From the NCBI GenBank assembly GCA_016932245.1, contig JAFGDG010000111.1:1-63040 (forward strand): a stretch of 63,040 bases of DNA, read 5' to 3'. Positions within the stretch are counted from its first letter, which is position 1. Each line of letters begins with the position of its first letter. This DNA comes from Thermoplasmatota archaeon (lineage in GTDB: Archaea > Thermoplasmatota > E2 > DHVEG-1). Of the stretch, positions 34,132-42,629 are shown piece after piece. The position numbers and the translations under genes are program-made. The notes beneath the pieces are model-generated. The model ran no database searches, had not been told where the DNA came from, and was given only the letters and a program-made list of their open reading frames with translations.

Positions 34132-36065
34132 TACGCCGCGTGTTTTATTTCTTCAATAGCGCTGGTATTTTCAACTGATGAAACATCCTTGATTTCTTCA
34201 CCAAGATACGTCGCCTTGATGATTCTTCGCACAATCTTTGCTGACCGTGTTTTTGGCAGCTCGCTGACAAACTTAATATCTCGAGGTTTCAGTGTCTTTC
34301 CCATGATTTTCACTACTTGCTCTTTAAGCGCTTGTCGCAATGTTTCGGTTGGTTTATAGTCGGGTTTCAACACCACAAAACAGACAATATCCTCGCCTTT
34401 TATTTCATCAGGTATTCCGATGGTTGCTGCTTCAGACACAGCATGATGCTCAATTAATGCTGCTTCAATTTCTGCAGGCCCTGTCCGTCTGCCTGCTATC
34501 TTAATGGTATCATCACTGCGTCCATGGAGCGACCAAAACCCATCATCGTCAATTTTTGCCCAGTCGCCGTGATACCACACATTAGGCCATTTTGACCAGT
34601 AGGTTTCAATATATCTTTCTGGTTCATTCCAGAATCCCCGGGTCATTGATGGTGCTGGCTTTTTTGCCACCAGGTGCCCCATCTTTCCGCGAATAGGATT
34701 GCCTTCGTCATCAAACACGTCAATATCCATTCCTAACCCTGGTCCTCGAAGTGTGCATGGTTTGAGGTCTGTGATAGGAAGCGGCGATAAGAAACATCCG
34801 ACAATTTCTGTGCCACCAGAGATGTTAATGATGGGGATTTGTTTGTCACCGACCTTTTCAAAAAACCAATTCCATGAATCTGGATCCCATGGTTCTCCCG
34901 TAGAACCTAAAAGTCGGAGTGACTGTAAGTCATGCTTCCGTACCCACTCGTCACCATAGGTCATCAGCAAGCGGATTGCAGTCGGCGAGATACCAAAGAT
35001 GGTTATGTTGTGTTTTTCAACTAATTCCCATAATCGATCAGGATTAGGATAATTTGGTGCACCTTCAAAGATGACGATGGTACCGCCAAAGTTCCCCACC
35101 CCAATAATCATCCATGGTCCCATCATCCATCCAATATCGGTGAGCCAGAAAAAGACATCATCTGCTTTCACATCAAAATAGTATCCTACTTCCTTACTTA
35201 TCTGCGCAAGTGCACCGCCATGTGTATGCACAGTTCCCTTTGGTGCACCGGTCGTTCCAGAAGAAAAAATAATCATGGCATAGTCTTCTGAATCCATGTG
35301 CTCCGTTTTACATTTGTCCGATTGATGAGAAACGATATCCTGCCACCAAATATCTTTTTCTTTGTTCCAAGAAACATCGATACCTTGGTGTTTATATACA
35401 ATCACGTGCTCTAGACTTGAGACGCTTTCAGCGGCTTTATCCGCCTCGTTTTTGATATTGACTGGTTTTCCTCTTCTTGTAGAACCATCTGCCGTGAGCA
35501 ATACCTTGGCACCTGCAATTTCTAATCGAGAGGCAAGTGCATGTCCACCAAAGCCAGAGAAGATGGGGATGCTGATGGCACCAATCTTCATTGCTGCGAG
35601 AAATCCGACAACAATTTCTGGAACCATGGGCATATAGATGCCGACCCTGTCTCCTTTTTTGATGCCCAGTTCCCGTAATGCGTTTGCAAATCTATTTACC
35701 TCTTTGTACAATTCATGATAGGTAAGCTTGCGTACATCTCCTTGCTCGTTTTCCCAGGTTATCGCGATATTGTTTTTGTTGTCAGATGCTACATGTTTAT
35801 CAAGACAATTATGGACGATGTTGATTTTTCCACCAACAAACCATTTGGTCCATTGGATTCCCCTTGAATCATCAAACACCTTTTCATACGGTTGAAACCA
35901 CTCGATGTTGAGATCTTTTATCACCGCATCCCAGAACCATGCAATATCGTCAGTTGATTTTTGTATTAATTCATCATAATCTTTGATACCGTAATTCTTC
36001 ATGAATCTAGTGATGTTTGCATTTTTGATATATTCCTCTGTTGGTTTCCACACAATCTCGTCCAT
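34131..36065 (-). CDS. acs: acetyl-CoA synthetase (AMP-forming)
   Basis: 644 aa. IIFSSGTTGAPKG and WWQTETG-like (WLTDIGWMMG) motifs, and C-terminal ELPKTRSAKIVRR. Confidence 0.9.
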   Translation of the reverse strand: MDEIVWKPTEEYIKNANITRFMKNYGIKDYDELIQKSTDDIAWFWDAVIKDLNIEWFQPYEKVFDDSRGIQWTKWFVGGKINIVHNCLDKHVASDNKNNIAITWENEQGDVRKLTYHELYKEVNRFANALRELGIKKGDRVGIYMPMVPEIVVGFLAAMKIGAISIPIFSGFGGHALASRLEIAGAKVLLTADGSTRRGKPVNIKNEADKAAESVSSLEHVIVYKHQGIDVSWNKEKDIWWQDIVSHQSDKCKTEHMDSEDYAMIIFSSGTTGAPKGTVHTHGGALAQISKEVGYYFDVKADDVFFWLTDIGWMMGPWMIIGVGNFGGTIVIFEGAPNYPNPDRLWELVEKHNITIFGISPTAIRLLMTYGDEWVRKHDLQSLRLLGSTGEPWDPDSWNWFFEKVGDKQIPIINISGGTEIVGCFLSPLPITDLKPCTLRGPGLGMDIDVFDDEGNPIRGKMGHLVAKKPAPSMTRGFWNEPERYIETYWSKWPNVWYHGDWAKIDDDGFWSLHGRSDDTIKIAGRRTGPAEIEAALIEHHAVSEAATIGIPDEIKGEDIVCFVVLKPDYKPTETLRQALKEQVVKIMGKTLKPRDIKFVSELPKTRSAKIVRRIIKATYLGEEIKDVSSVENTSAIEEIKHAA

Positions 36066-36145
36066 AAAAACTACTCCCCAATACCATCTGAATCGACTGT
36101 ACGTTCAAAAAAGCTTCGAAAAAACTGATGAACGATAGTTGAAAG

Positions 36146-36160
36146 AAACTATAAAATAGG
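36146..36160 (+). promoter_or_regulatory. TATA element AACTATAAAATAGGG (ferredoxin promoter), identical to the hemerythrin promoter 15-mer
   Basis: Exact 15-nt identity with the reverse complement of 37961-37975. It lies ~50 nt upstream of the ATG at 36210. Confidence 0.5.
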
Positions 36161-36209
36161 GTTATCATTTTACAGTATTCCACCTAGACGTATTGGGGGC
36201 TTATGAAAT

Positions 36210-36419
36210 ATGAAGAAAGAATTTAAAGAAGGAGACATCATCATTACAGTCGATTATGACAAGTGTACTGGTGCGGGAGAGTGCGTAACTGCCTGTCCCG
36301 TTGAAATCTTTGCGCTTGAAGGTGGCAAAGCCATTGCACAAAACGTCGGCGAATGTATTGAGTGTTGTGCATGTGTTAGCGCGTGTCCAAATGATGCTAT
36401 TGAGCACAGCTCGTGTTAA
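36210..36419 (+). CDS. small 4Fe-4S ferredoxin-type protein
   Basis: CTGAGECVTACP and CIECCACVSACP cluster motifs. Confidence 0.7.
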   Translation: MKKEFKEGDIIITVDYDKCTGAGECVTACPVEIFALEGGKAIAQNVGECIECCACVSACPNDAIEHSSC

Positions 36420-36479
36420 ACGTGTTTATCAAGTTACTCTCTAACACAAACCTCTCCTCTTCTTTTTTGAAGTGATGGC

Positions 36480-37046
36480 GTGGATGTGAAAGAAGCAATA
36501 CAGAAACGGCGGGCCTATCGCTCGCTGGCACCGGTACCCATTACTGATGAGTTGATTGCTGACCTTGCTTCCTGTGCACAACTGTCGGCATCGTGCTTCA
36601 ACAATCAACCTTGGCAATACGTGTTCGTGTATGATCCTGATGTATTGAAAGAAATGCACGAGGCGTTATCAAAAGGAAATGAGTGGGCGAAAAAAGCATC
36701 CATGATTATTGTTGTGCTGGGGAACCAAGAGGATGACTGTGTGATTTACGATAGAATCTACTATCGCTTTGATATTGGCATGGCCACTGCTATAATGATC
36801 TTACGAGCAACAGAACTAGGGCTTGTTGCGCATCCGATTGCGGGATACAGCCCCAAAAAAACACGGGCCATTCTAGACATTCCAAATACGCTTGATGTAA
36901 TTGCCCTCGTTATTGTTGGGAAACATGCAGAGACCATCGATTCTCTTCTTTCTGACAAACAACGTAACGCTGAACAAGAACGTCCGCCACGAAAGAAAAG
37001 AGACGAGTTTGTATATATAAATAGATATACTTCAAAGAAAAACTAA
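36480..37046 (+). CDS. nitroreductase-family flavoprotein
   Basis: AIQKRRAYRSL, SCFNNQPWQYVFV and LGLVAHPIAGY are typical of the family. GTG start. Confidence 0.75.
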   Translation: MDVKEAIQKRRAYRSLAPVPITDELIADLASCAQLSASCFNNQPWQYVFVYDPDVLKEMHEALSKGNEWAKKASMIIVVLGNQEDDCVIYDRIYYRFDIGMATAIMILRATELGLVAHPIAGYSPKKTRAILDIPNTLDVIALVIVGKHAETIDSLLSDKQRNAEQERPPRKKRDEFVYINRYTSKKN

Positions 37047-37294
37047 CATGGAGGCATCTCTTTTAAGAGAGAAGAAAAAGGAACCATCATGTTGTATGCT
37101 GTTTTGCCGCAGCGAAAGTACTATTCATAAAAACGTGTGGTGCCATACTACGAGGAGAAATAGAGATGAATAAACTACTTTCCATTCTGATGGTGATGCT
37201 GGCCCTTACAGGTTGTGTCAGTCAACAATATATGCCTGAAGAAAATAATAGTGATAGTCAAGAGGAAGGGTACGCTGGTTCCCTTTTCTTACCT

Positions 37295-37486
37295 TTATCC
37301 TGCTCTTCCATCATCACATGCATCTTCATCATCCATCGGTCGTGCATGCTCTGCATGTGCTGGCTGCAGACACAGATTTGATGGAACCTGTTTCATGGCA
37401 GTTCCACAACACTCTGGTAATTTGTCATCACGTGCAGTTATCTTCTTACCGCAGTGTGTACAGGTATATTCTTTTGTTTTGATTAT
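37295..37486 (-). CDS. desulforedoxin-like FeS4 small protein candidate lacking a canonical start codon
   Basis: Hand translation gives (I)IKTKEYTCTHCGKKITARDDKLPECCGTAMKQV... with the Y-x-C-x2-C-G...C-C-G-x2-M pattern of desulforedoxin / the Dfx N-domain. GGGGGA lies 6 nt upstream of an ATA codon at 37484-37486. No in-frame ATG/GTG/TTG lies upstream of the Cys motif. Confidence 0.35.
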   Translation of the reverse strand: MIKTKEYTCTHCGKKITARDDKLPECCGTAMKQVPSNLCLQPAHAEHARPMDDEDACDDGRAG

Positions 37487-37497
37487 CTTATGTCCCC

Positions 37498-37926
37498 CTA
37501 CATCATCTCTCTTATTTTTGCCACAATGGTTTGTTTCTGCTCTTCGGTTAATGCCTGATCGAGTTGCGGGTACACCTCCAATTCCTCAAAGGAACGGTGT
37601 TCCATGAGTAACGTTTTAAAACCAGAAACATCAGTGATGTTTTGACGACTCCGTAATTGTTTTCTCATAATATTCAACCGATTAAGAATTTCGTTATGTT
37701 GTTTGGTGAGTTCTGGTAGCATTTTGTATCCTTCAACCACATTGTCTGGATGATATGAAGTAAAGATGGCCTTTTCCTCAATAAAGATATGTTTTTCCAG
37801 CTCCCATTCAAAGGTCGTGAATGTTTTTAACATCATTGAATAGTCTTGCTCAACTGCCTTTTCCAAATCAGTTAATAGCGCTTCAATTTTACAATGATCT
37901 TTTACCATTAATGCTGGAATATTCAT
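37498..37926 (-). CDS. hemerythrin HHE cation-binding domain protein
   Basis: H/E ligand pattern (DHCKIE, EKHIFIEE, HNEI, MEHRSFEELEVYP). GGGAGGT SD. Confidence 0.65.
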   Translation of the reverse strand: MNIPALMVKDHCKIEALLTDLEKAVEQDYSMMLKTFTTFEWELEKHIFIEEKAIFTSYHPDNVVEGYKMLPELTKQHNEILNRLNIMRKQLRSRQNITDVSGFKTLLMEHRSFEELEVYPQLDQALTEEQKQTIVAKIREMM

Positions 37927-37960
37927 GGTTCAGTAACCTCCCGTTATCCCATATGTGCTT

Positions 37961-37975
37961 CCCTATTTTATAGTT
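37961..37975 (-). promoter_or_regulatory. TATA element AACTATAAAATAGGG (hemerythrin promoter)
   Basis: The reverse complement is identical to 36146-36160. It lies ~40 nt upstream of the ATG at 37926. Confidence 0.5.
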
Positions 37976-38036
37976 ACGGTATCGCACGTAGGTTCATAAG
38001 ACTCTTATAGGACCGCATTCATCTGCTGTACAAAAA

Positions 38037-38480
38037 ATGGTTCATATGAATACAAACGCCATAGAAATTAAGATTGTTGATAGCTGGCCTGAAGAAGATA
38101 TCGTGGCGCTATACAAGGCAGGTGGTTGGTGGAAAGAAACCTATGATACAACCTGCATTCCTGCAATGATACGCGGGAGTTTTGCTTTTGCTGTTGCGAT
38201 TGAGAAACAGACAAACAGAGCGGTTGGTATGGGTCGTCTTCTTTCCGATGGTGTTTCAGATGCCTATATTCAAGACCTCGTGGTATTGTCACCCCACCGC
38301 AACAAAGGCATTGGCAGACGCCTTGTTTCAACCCTTCTAGGACATGGCAAACAGCACGGTCTCGTGTGGATAGGATTAATTGCAGAGCCTGGGCAGGAGC
38401 CGTTCTACACGCCGCTGCACTTCAAACGAATGAAACAATATGTACCAATGAAGTATGAGAATAACCATGCTGACTCTTGA
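38037..38480 (+). CDS. GNAT-family N-acetyltransferase
   Basis: IQDLVVLSPHRNKGIGRRLV is the acetyl-CoA binding motif (Q/RxxGxG). Confidence 0.7.
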   Translation: MVHMNTNAIEIKIVDSWPEEDIVALYKAGGWWKETYDTTCIPAMIRGSFAFAVAIEKQTNRAVGMGRLLSDGVSDAYIQDLVVLSPHRNKGIGRRLVSTLLGHGKQHGLVWIGLIAEPGQEPFYTPLHFKRMKQYVPMKYENNHADS

Positions 38481-39366
38481 AGATTTTCACCCCCTTACGC
38501 TGGAAGATAAACCGCTTTTCGACATCCACTATAAAACCTTTCCACCGATCCATAGTGACAATCTATTTACAACAATGATAAGTTGGATGGATTATGCTCA
38601 ATATCACTATGCGATGGTGGATGACACTCTTTGCATCATGACTAAAATTGGAAACATCATCAGATTCAGACCGCCCATTGGAAAACGTTCAAAAACCATT
38701 GCTGACCAAGTACTCCATCTTGCCAAACAACAAGACTCAGATTATCCATTGGGTGTCATTGATGAACCGACCAAAGACTGGCTTTCCGCAACTTATCCAA
38801 ATCTAGTGATTTCTCCACATCGGGATTTCTTTGAGTATGTCTATACTGCAGCTGATCTTGCTGAACTATCAGGATCGGCGTACGCAAAGATACGAAATAG
38901 ACTCAATAAATTCACCAAGCAACATACCTACACGGTTGAAGAGATTGATAAAGACGATATTGAAGAAGTCCGAAAGTTTCTACATCGCTGGTGTCTCTGG
39001 AAGGACTGCTCATCGGATCCCTTTCTTGAACAGGAGAAAAAAGCCATTCTTACATCAATGGACCTTTTTTTTGAGCTTGATCTCCGCGGATTAGCCATTC
39101 GCATTAATGGCGCTATTGAATCTATTGCCATCTATGAGCAGATGAATTCAAATACGGCGGTGGTGCACTATGAAAAAGGCTCTCCAGACTATGACGGGAT
39201 ATACAAAGCCATTAATGCTGAAACAGCGAAGATATTGCAGGAGGAAGTCACGTTCGTCAATCGGGAGTCAGACATGGGCATTCCTGGCTTACGAAAAGCA
39301 AAATTATCTTACCGCCCCCATCACATGGTTGAAGTCTTTCATATCGCCAAGGCTAACCTACTTTGA
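38467..39366 (+). CDS. DUF2156 (MprF C-terminal-like, aminoacyl-transferase-fold) protein
   Basis: LTLEDKPLFDIHYKTFPPIHSDNLFTTMISWMDY is typical of DUF2156. It overlaps the GNAT gene end by 14 nt. Confidence 0.55.
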   Translation: MLTLEDFHPLTLEDKPLFDIHYKTFPPIHSDNLFTTMISWMDYAQYHYAMVDDTLCIMTKIGNIIRFRPPIGKRSKTIADQVLHLAKQQDSDYPLGVIDEPTKDWLSATYPNLVISPHRDFFEYVYTAADLAELSGSAYAKIRNRLNKFTKQHTYTVEEIDKDDIEEVRKFLHRWCLWKDCSSDPFLEQEKKAILTSMDLFFELDLRGLAIRINGAIESIAIYEQMNSNTAVVHYEKGSPDYDGIYKAINAETAKILQEEVTFVNRESDMGIPGLRKAKLSYRPHHMVEVFHIAKANLL

Positions 39367-39409
39367 TATGATTTTTGTAAAACATGTTTTGCGAAGCATC
39401 TGTCTATTG

Positions 39410-39751
39410 TTATTCCTCATCGTCGCACGCAGGGCACTTGGATGATAAAAAAGAAGAGCGCATTAGTTTACAAATCCTACATGTTTCAGGGATAACAGAA
39501 TCGTGCCCATTGTTGATAATGCGTTCAGCAGATATTTTAATCTCCTGACTAATTCCATTATCATCAATTTCAATTTTCCCCCGCTTTCTTGAAACATATT
39601 GACAGATTGCTGCAGGAGTCACTCCAAGTTTTTCAGCGGTTTCTTTTTGATTTAATCCAAAATTTGCAATCATACTCTGTGCAATTTCTCGCCGTATGAC
39701 AGGTAAGCCATTCCACATCATATATTCGCAGGGAGTGCGCCTCATGGCCAT
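39410..39751 (-). CDS. small HTH transcriptional regulator (COG2522-like) with C-terminal Cys cluster
   Basis: HTH segment: LNQKETAEKLGVTPAAICQYVSRKRG. C-terminus: CRICKLMRSSFLSSKCPAC. Leaderless-looking, with the TATA 10-25 nt upstream of the ATG. Confidence 0.55.
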   Translation of the reverse strand: MAMRRTPCEYMMWNGLPVIRREIAQSMIANFGLNQKETAEKLGVTPAAICQYVSRKRGKIEIDDNGISQEIKISAERIINNGHDSVIPETCRICKLMRSSFLSSKCPACDDEE

Positions 39752-39772
39752 GAATAATATTGTATATACTTA

Positions 39773-39792
39773 TAATTAACGATTGTTTACGA
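39773..39792. promoter_or_regulatory. imperfect copy (15/20) of the 20-bp palindrome, overlapping the regulator gene TATA/BRE
   Basis: taattaacgattgtttacga compared with ttattaacaattgttaataa. Confidence 0.4.
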
Positions 39793-39980
39793 TTTTTTAG
39801 AAGCTGATCGAGAAAACCTAAAGCTTCAAGGAGAATCACCTAGTACCGTTCCTATAACGCTAGAAGATATTTTATTGTACCGAAGGGATTATTAAAAATA
39901 CAGAAATATTTTGTTACGCCCCCTCTTTCTTATTAAAACAATACAATGCCATATTACACAGCACCGCCTCGACCAAAATC

Positions 39981-40016
39981 TTTAAATATAGATGTGTTAT
40001 TAACAATTGTTAATAA
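39981..40016 (+). promoter_or_regulatory. TATA box TTTAAATATA followed by a perfect 20-bp palindrome TTATTAACAATTGTTAATAA (candidate operator)
   Basis: TATA at 39981-39990. The palindrome at 39997-40016 was verified base by base and is centred about where the TSS is expected. Confidence 0.6.
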
Positions 40017-40260
40017 TGGGGTTGTATGGGGGACCTCACACAACGTCAATTGGATATCTATGAGGTGGTTTAGAACAATACTCGTGAGATTAACAACGAA
40101 TGCGGAGATGTAAACCTGTTAGAGGCATTTTTGAGAAAATCCCATCCTTTCCTCCTCTCCTCACCATCCCTTGCCTCTAATGCTTTGCATCTCCCATCCT
40201 ATCCTTTTCCTACAACCTCATCCACAATATTGAAATAAGAACGAATGGTTTTGGTTGCAA

Positions 40261-41430
40261 ATGGATAAGACTGATCCAATCTGTGGCATGAAAGGAACCA
40301 TCAAGGCACATGGCCACTATTTTTGTAGCGAGCATTGCATTAAACAATATGAGAAGCAACAAGACGTTTCTTCAGAGGCACCACCATCGTGTCCAAGTTG
40401 TGCAGGTCACGCCGTCCATAAAAAATGGTACAAAGAACGGTTATTCATCGTTATGTTGGTTATTCTTGTTCTCCTTATCGCAAGTGTTCTGCTGCCGGTG
40501 CTTCATCCGTTTTACGATGCATTTATTGATTATTTGCTTTTAATTTGGTGGGCAATTCTGGTTGGATTTCTCATCGGAGGCGTTATCGATTATTTTGTCC
40601 CTCGAGAATATATCCAAAAATATCTTTCTAGACACCAAAAACGAACGATTCTCTATTCCATTATTTTTGGATTTTTAATGAGCGCCTGCTCTCATGGCAT
40701 TCTTGCTATTGCTATTGAATTGTACAAAAAAGGAGCGAGCACTTCTTCAGTAGTTGCCTTTTTGCTTGCGTCGCCTTGGGCAAATCTTCCTATTACTGTC
40801 CTTCTCTTTGGCTTTTTCGGCACCAAAGCAGCATTTATTGTGCTTTCAGCATTATTTATTGCCGTTATAACGGGTCTTATTTATCAGGCTCTAGAACGGC
40901 GAGGGATGGTTGAATGTGATAAATGCGAGCACGGTGAGGATCATCCGATACTTTCCACCTTTTCCATACGAGCGGATGTGAAGAAACGATGGCACAACTA
41001 CCAATTTACGAAAGCAAACATCATCGTTGCCATTAAAGGCGTATTTGGTGGTTCATGGACATTATCAAAGATGGTGCTCTGGTGGCTGTTAGTCGGTATG
41101 GTTATGGCGGCATTTGCTCGAGCATATATACCACACCATTTATTTTTAACATATATGGGCCCAACGGCATTAGGCCTTGTTGTTACTTTGTTTTTTGCAA
41201 CCATTATTGAGGTATGCTCAGAAGGAAGCTCGCCGCTTTCGTTTGAAATATTCAGGCAAACTGGTGCTTTTGGGAACAGTTTTACCTTTTTGATGGCTGG
41301 AGTTGCCACCGATTATACAGAGATTGGATTGATCTGGCAAAATATTGGGAAAAAGGCAGCATTATGGCTACCGATTATTACCGTTCCACAGATATTGGTG
41401 TTAGGGTATTTGTTTAACCTTATTACCTAA
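40261..41430 (+). CDS. YHS/TRASH-domain-fused DUF318 (ArsP-type) permease, probable metal(loid) transporter
   Basis: The N-terminus DPICGMKGTIKAHGHYFCSEHCIKQY is a YHS/TRASH pattern. About 8 TM segments follow, with CSHG and EVCSEGSSPL motifs. The ATG at 40261 is preferred over the TTG at 40255. Confidence 0.65.
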   Translation: MDKTDPICGMKGTIKAHGHYFCSEHCIKQYEKQQDVSSEAPPSCPSCAGHAVHKKWYKERLFIVMLVILVLLIASVLLPVLHPFYDAFIDYLLLIWWAILVGFLIGGVIDYFVPREYIQKYLSRHQKRTILYSIIFGFLMSACSHGILAIAIELYKKGASTSSVVAFLLASPWANLPITVLLFGFFGTKAAFIVLSALFIAVITGLIYQALERRGMVECDKCEHGEDHPILSTFSIRADVKKRWHNYQFTKANIIVAIKGVFGGSWTLSKMVLWWLLVGMVMAAFARAYIPHHLFLTYMGPTALGLVVTLFFATIIEVCSEGSSPLSFEIFRQTGAFGNSFTFLMAGVATDYTEIGLIWQNIGKKAALWLPIITVPQILVLGYLFNLIT

Positions 41431-41472
41431 AGGTTTTTGTACCCTTTACTTATCACGGTATGAGGGCTACGT

Positions 41473-42612
41473 ATGGATTTTACCTTAACCGATCGACAAA
41501 CGTTGTTCCAGAAGACAATTAGAGCATTTTGTGAAAAAGAACTCAAACCTCTTGCTTCAAAGATTGACAAAGAGGAGTACTTCCCCAAAGCTCTCTATAA
41601 AAAGATGGGGCAAATGGGTCTATTGGGCATGACGGTCCCTCAAAAGCATGGTGGGGCAGGCATTGATCGTGTCAGCTATATGATTGCACTTGAAGAGATA
41701 TCCAGGGTCTGCGGGTCCACTGGTATTACTGTTGAGGCACATAACTCACTTGGTTTGGGACATATTTATGAGCGGGGAACAGAAGAACAACGGAAAAAAT
41801 ATCTACCAAAATTAACGAATGGAGATGGGCTTGCTGCCTGGGCGTTAACAGAACCAAATGCGGGATCTGATGCTGCAGGATTACAAACGACTGCCGTTCT
41901 TGACAAGGATCAATGGGTGTTGAATGGAACAAAACAATTCATCACGAGTGGCGATATAGCTGATGTCGTAACAGTCATGGCAAAAACAGACAAAGAGAAG
42001 GGTGCAAAGGGCATCAGTGCCTTTATTGTCGAAAAAGACACTCCTGGTTTTAGGATAGGGCAATCGGAAGATAAACTCGGTCTTCGGGGCAGCCACACGG
42101 TTGAATTAATCTTTGAAAACTGCCGTATTCCTAAAGAACAATTACTCGGCGAAAAGGATTTGGGCTTTGTTGGCGCCATGAATATTTTGGATCGTGGTCG
42201 AACGGCAATTGGTGCCATGTCCGTTGGTATTGCTCGTGGTGCGTTAGAAGACAGTATTGAGTATGCCAAGCAGCGGCAACAATTCGGACGGCCTATCGGT
42301 AAATTTCAGGCCATCCAGTGGATGATTGCAGATATGGCGACGGAGGTTGATGCCGCACGCCTTTTGGTTTACCGTGCAGCGTTTATGGAAGACCAAAATG
42401 TACCTTTTACGAAAGAAGCATCGATGGCAAAACTCTTCGCATCAGAAAGTGCAATGAGGGCAACAGTAAAAGCGATGCAGATTCATGGAGGGTATGGATA
42501 TATGAGAGAATATCCTCTCGAACGATATTATCGAGACATTAAACTCTGCCAAATCGGCGAGGGTACTTCTGAAGTGCAACACATGGTCATTGCAAAACAA
42601 TTGGGTTTGTAG
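41473..42612 (+). CDS. acyl-CoA dehydrogenase (short/branched-chain type)
   Basis: 379 aa. TEPNAGSD, and the catalytic Glu context QIGEGTSEVQ. Confidence 0.85.
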   Translation: MDFTLTDRQTLFQKTIRAFCEKELKPLASKIDKEEYFPKALYKKMGQMGLLGMTVPQKHGGAGIDRVSYMIALEEISRVCGSTGITVEAHNSLGLGHIYERGTEEQRKKYLPKLTNGDGLAAWALTEPNAGSDAAGLQTTAVLDKDQWVLNGTKQFITSGDIADVVTVMAKTDKEKGAKGISAFIVEKDTPGFRIGQSEDKLGLRGSHTVELIFENCRIPKEQLLGEKDLGFVGAMNILDRGRTAIGAMSVGIARGALEDSIEYAKQRQQFGRPIGKFQAIQWMIADMATEVDAARLLVYRAAFMEDQNVPFTKEASMAKLFASESAMRATVKAMQIHGGYGYMREYPLERYYRDIKLCQIGEGTSEVQHMVIAKQLGL

Positions 42613-42629
42613 TAAAAAGAGGGAGGCGT

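Noticed and set aside
36125-36131. A CTGATGA (C-box-like) sequence lies in the acs/ferredoxin intergenic region.
   Set aside because: No downstream D or D' box (CUGA) occurs at an appropriate distance on the same strand.
36441-36659. The minus-strand 72-aa ORF and similar antisense ORFs inside enzyme genes (for example 16189..17183 -, 41726..42269 -, 60732..61781 +).
   Set aside because: Each overlaps a gene with strong family motifs on the opposite strand and has no recognisable features.
37166-37381. A plus-strand ORF begins with a convincing lipoprotein-like signal (MNKLLSILMVMLALTGC).
   Set aside because: After ~35 residues the product degenerates into Cys/Ile/Leu-rich junk and overlaps the desulforedoxin-like ORF on the other strand. 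It may be a very short lipopeptide or chance, and the evidence is insufficient to call a gene.
40026-40238. An ORF reads MGDLTQRQLDIYEVV-TAG-NNTREINNECGDVNLLEAF..., with an in-frame TAG at 40071. It was considered as a pyrrolysine/read-through gene or an HTH pseudogene.
   Set aside because: Downstream of the TAG the product is mostly low-complexity Pro/Ser/Leu translated from the C/T-rich tract. No Pyl machinery or other in-frame TAG genes are visible. It is more likely a non-coding leader.
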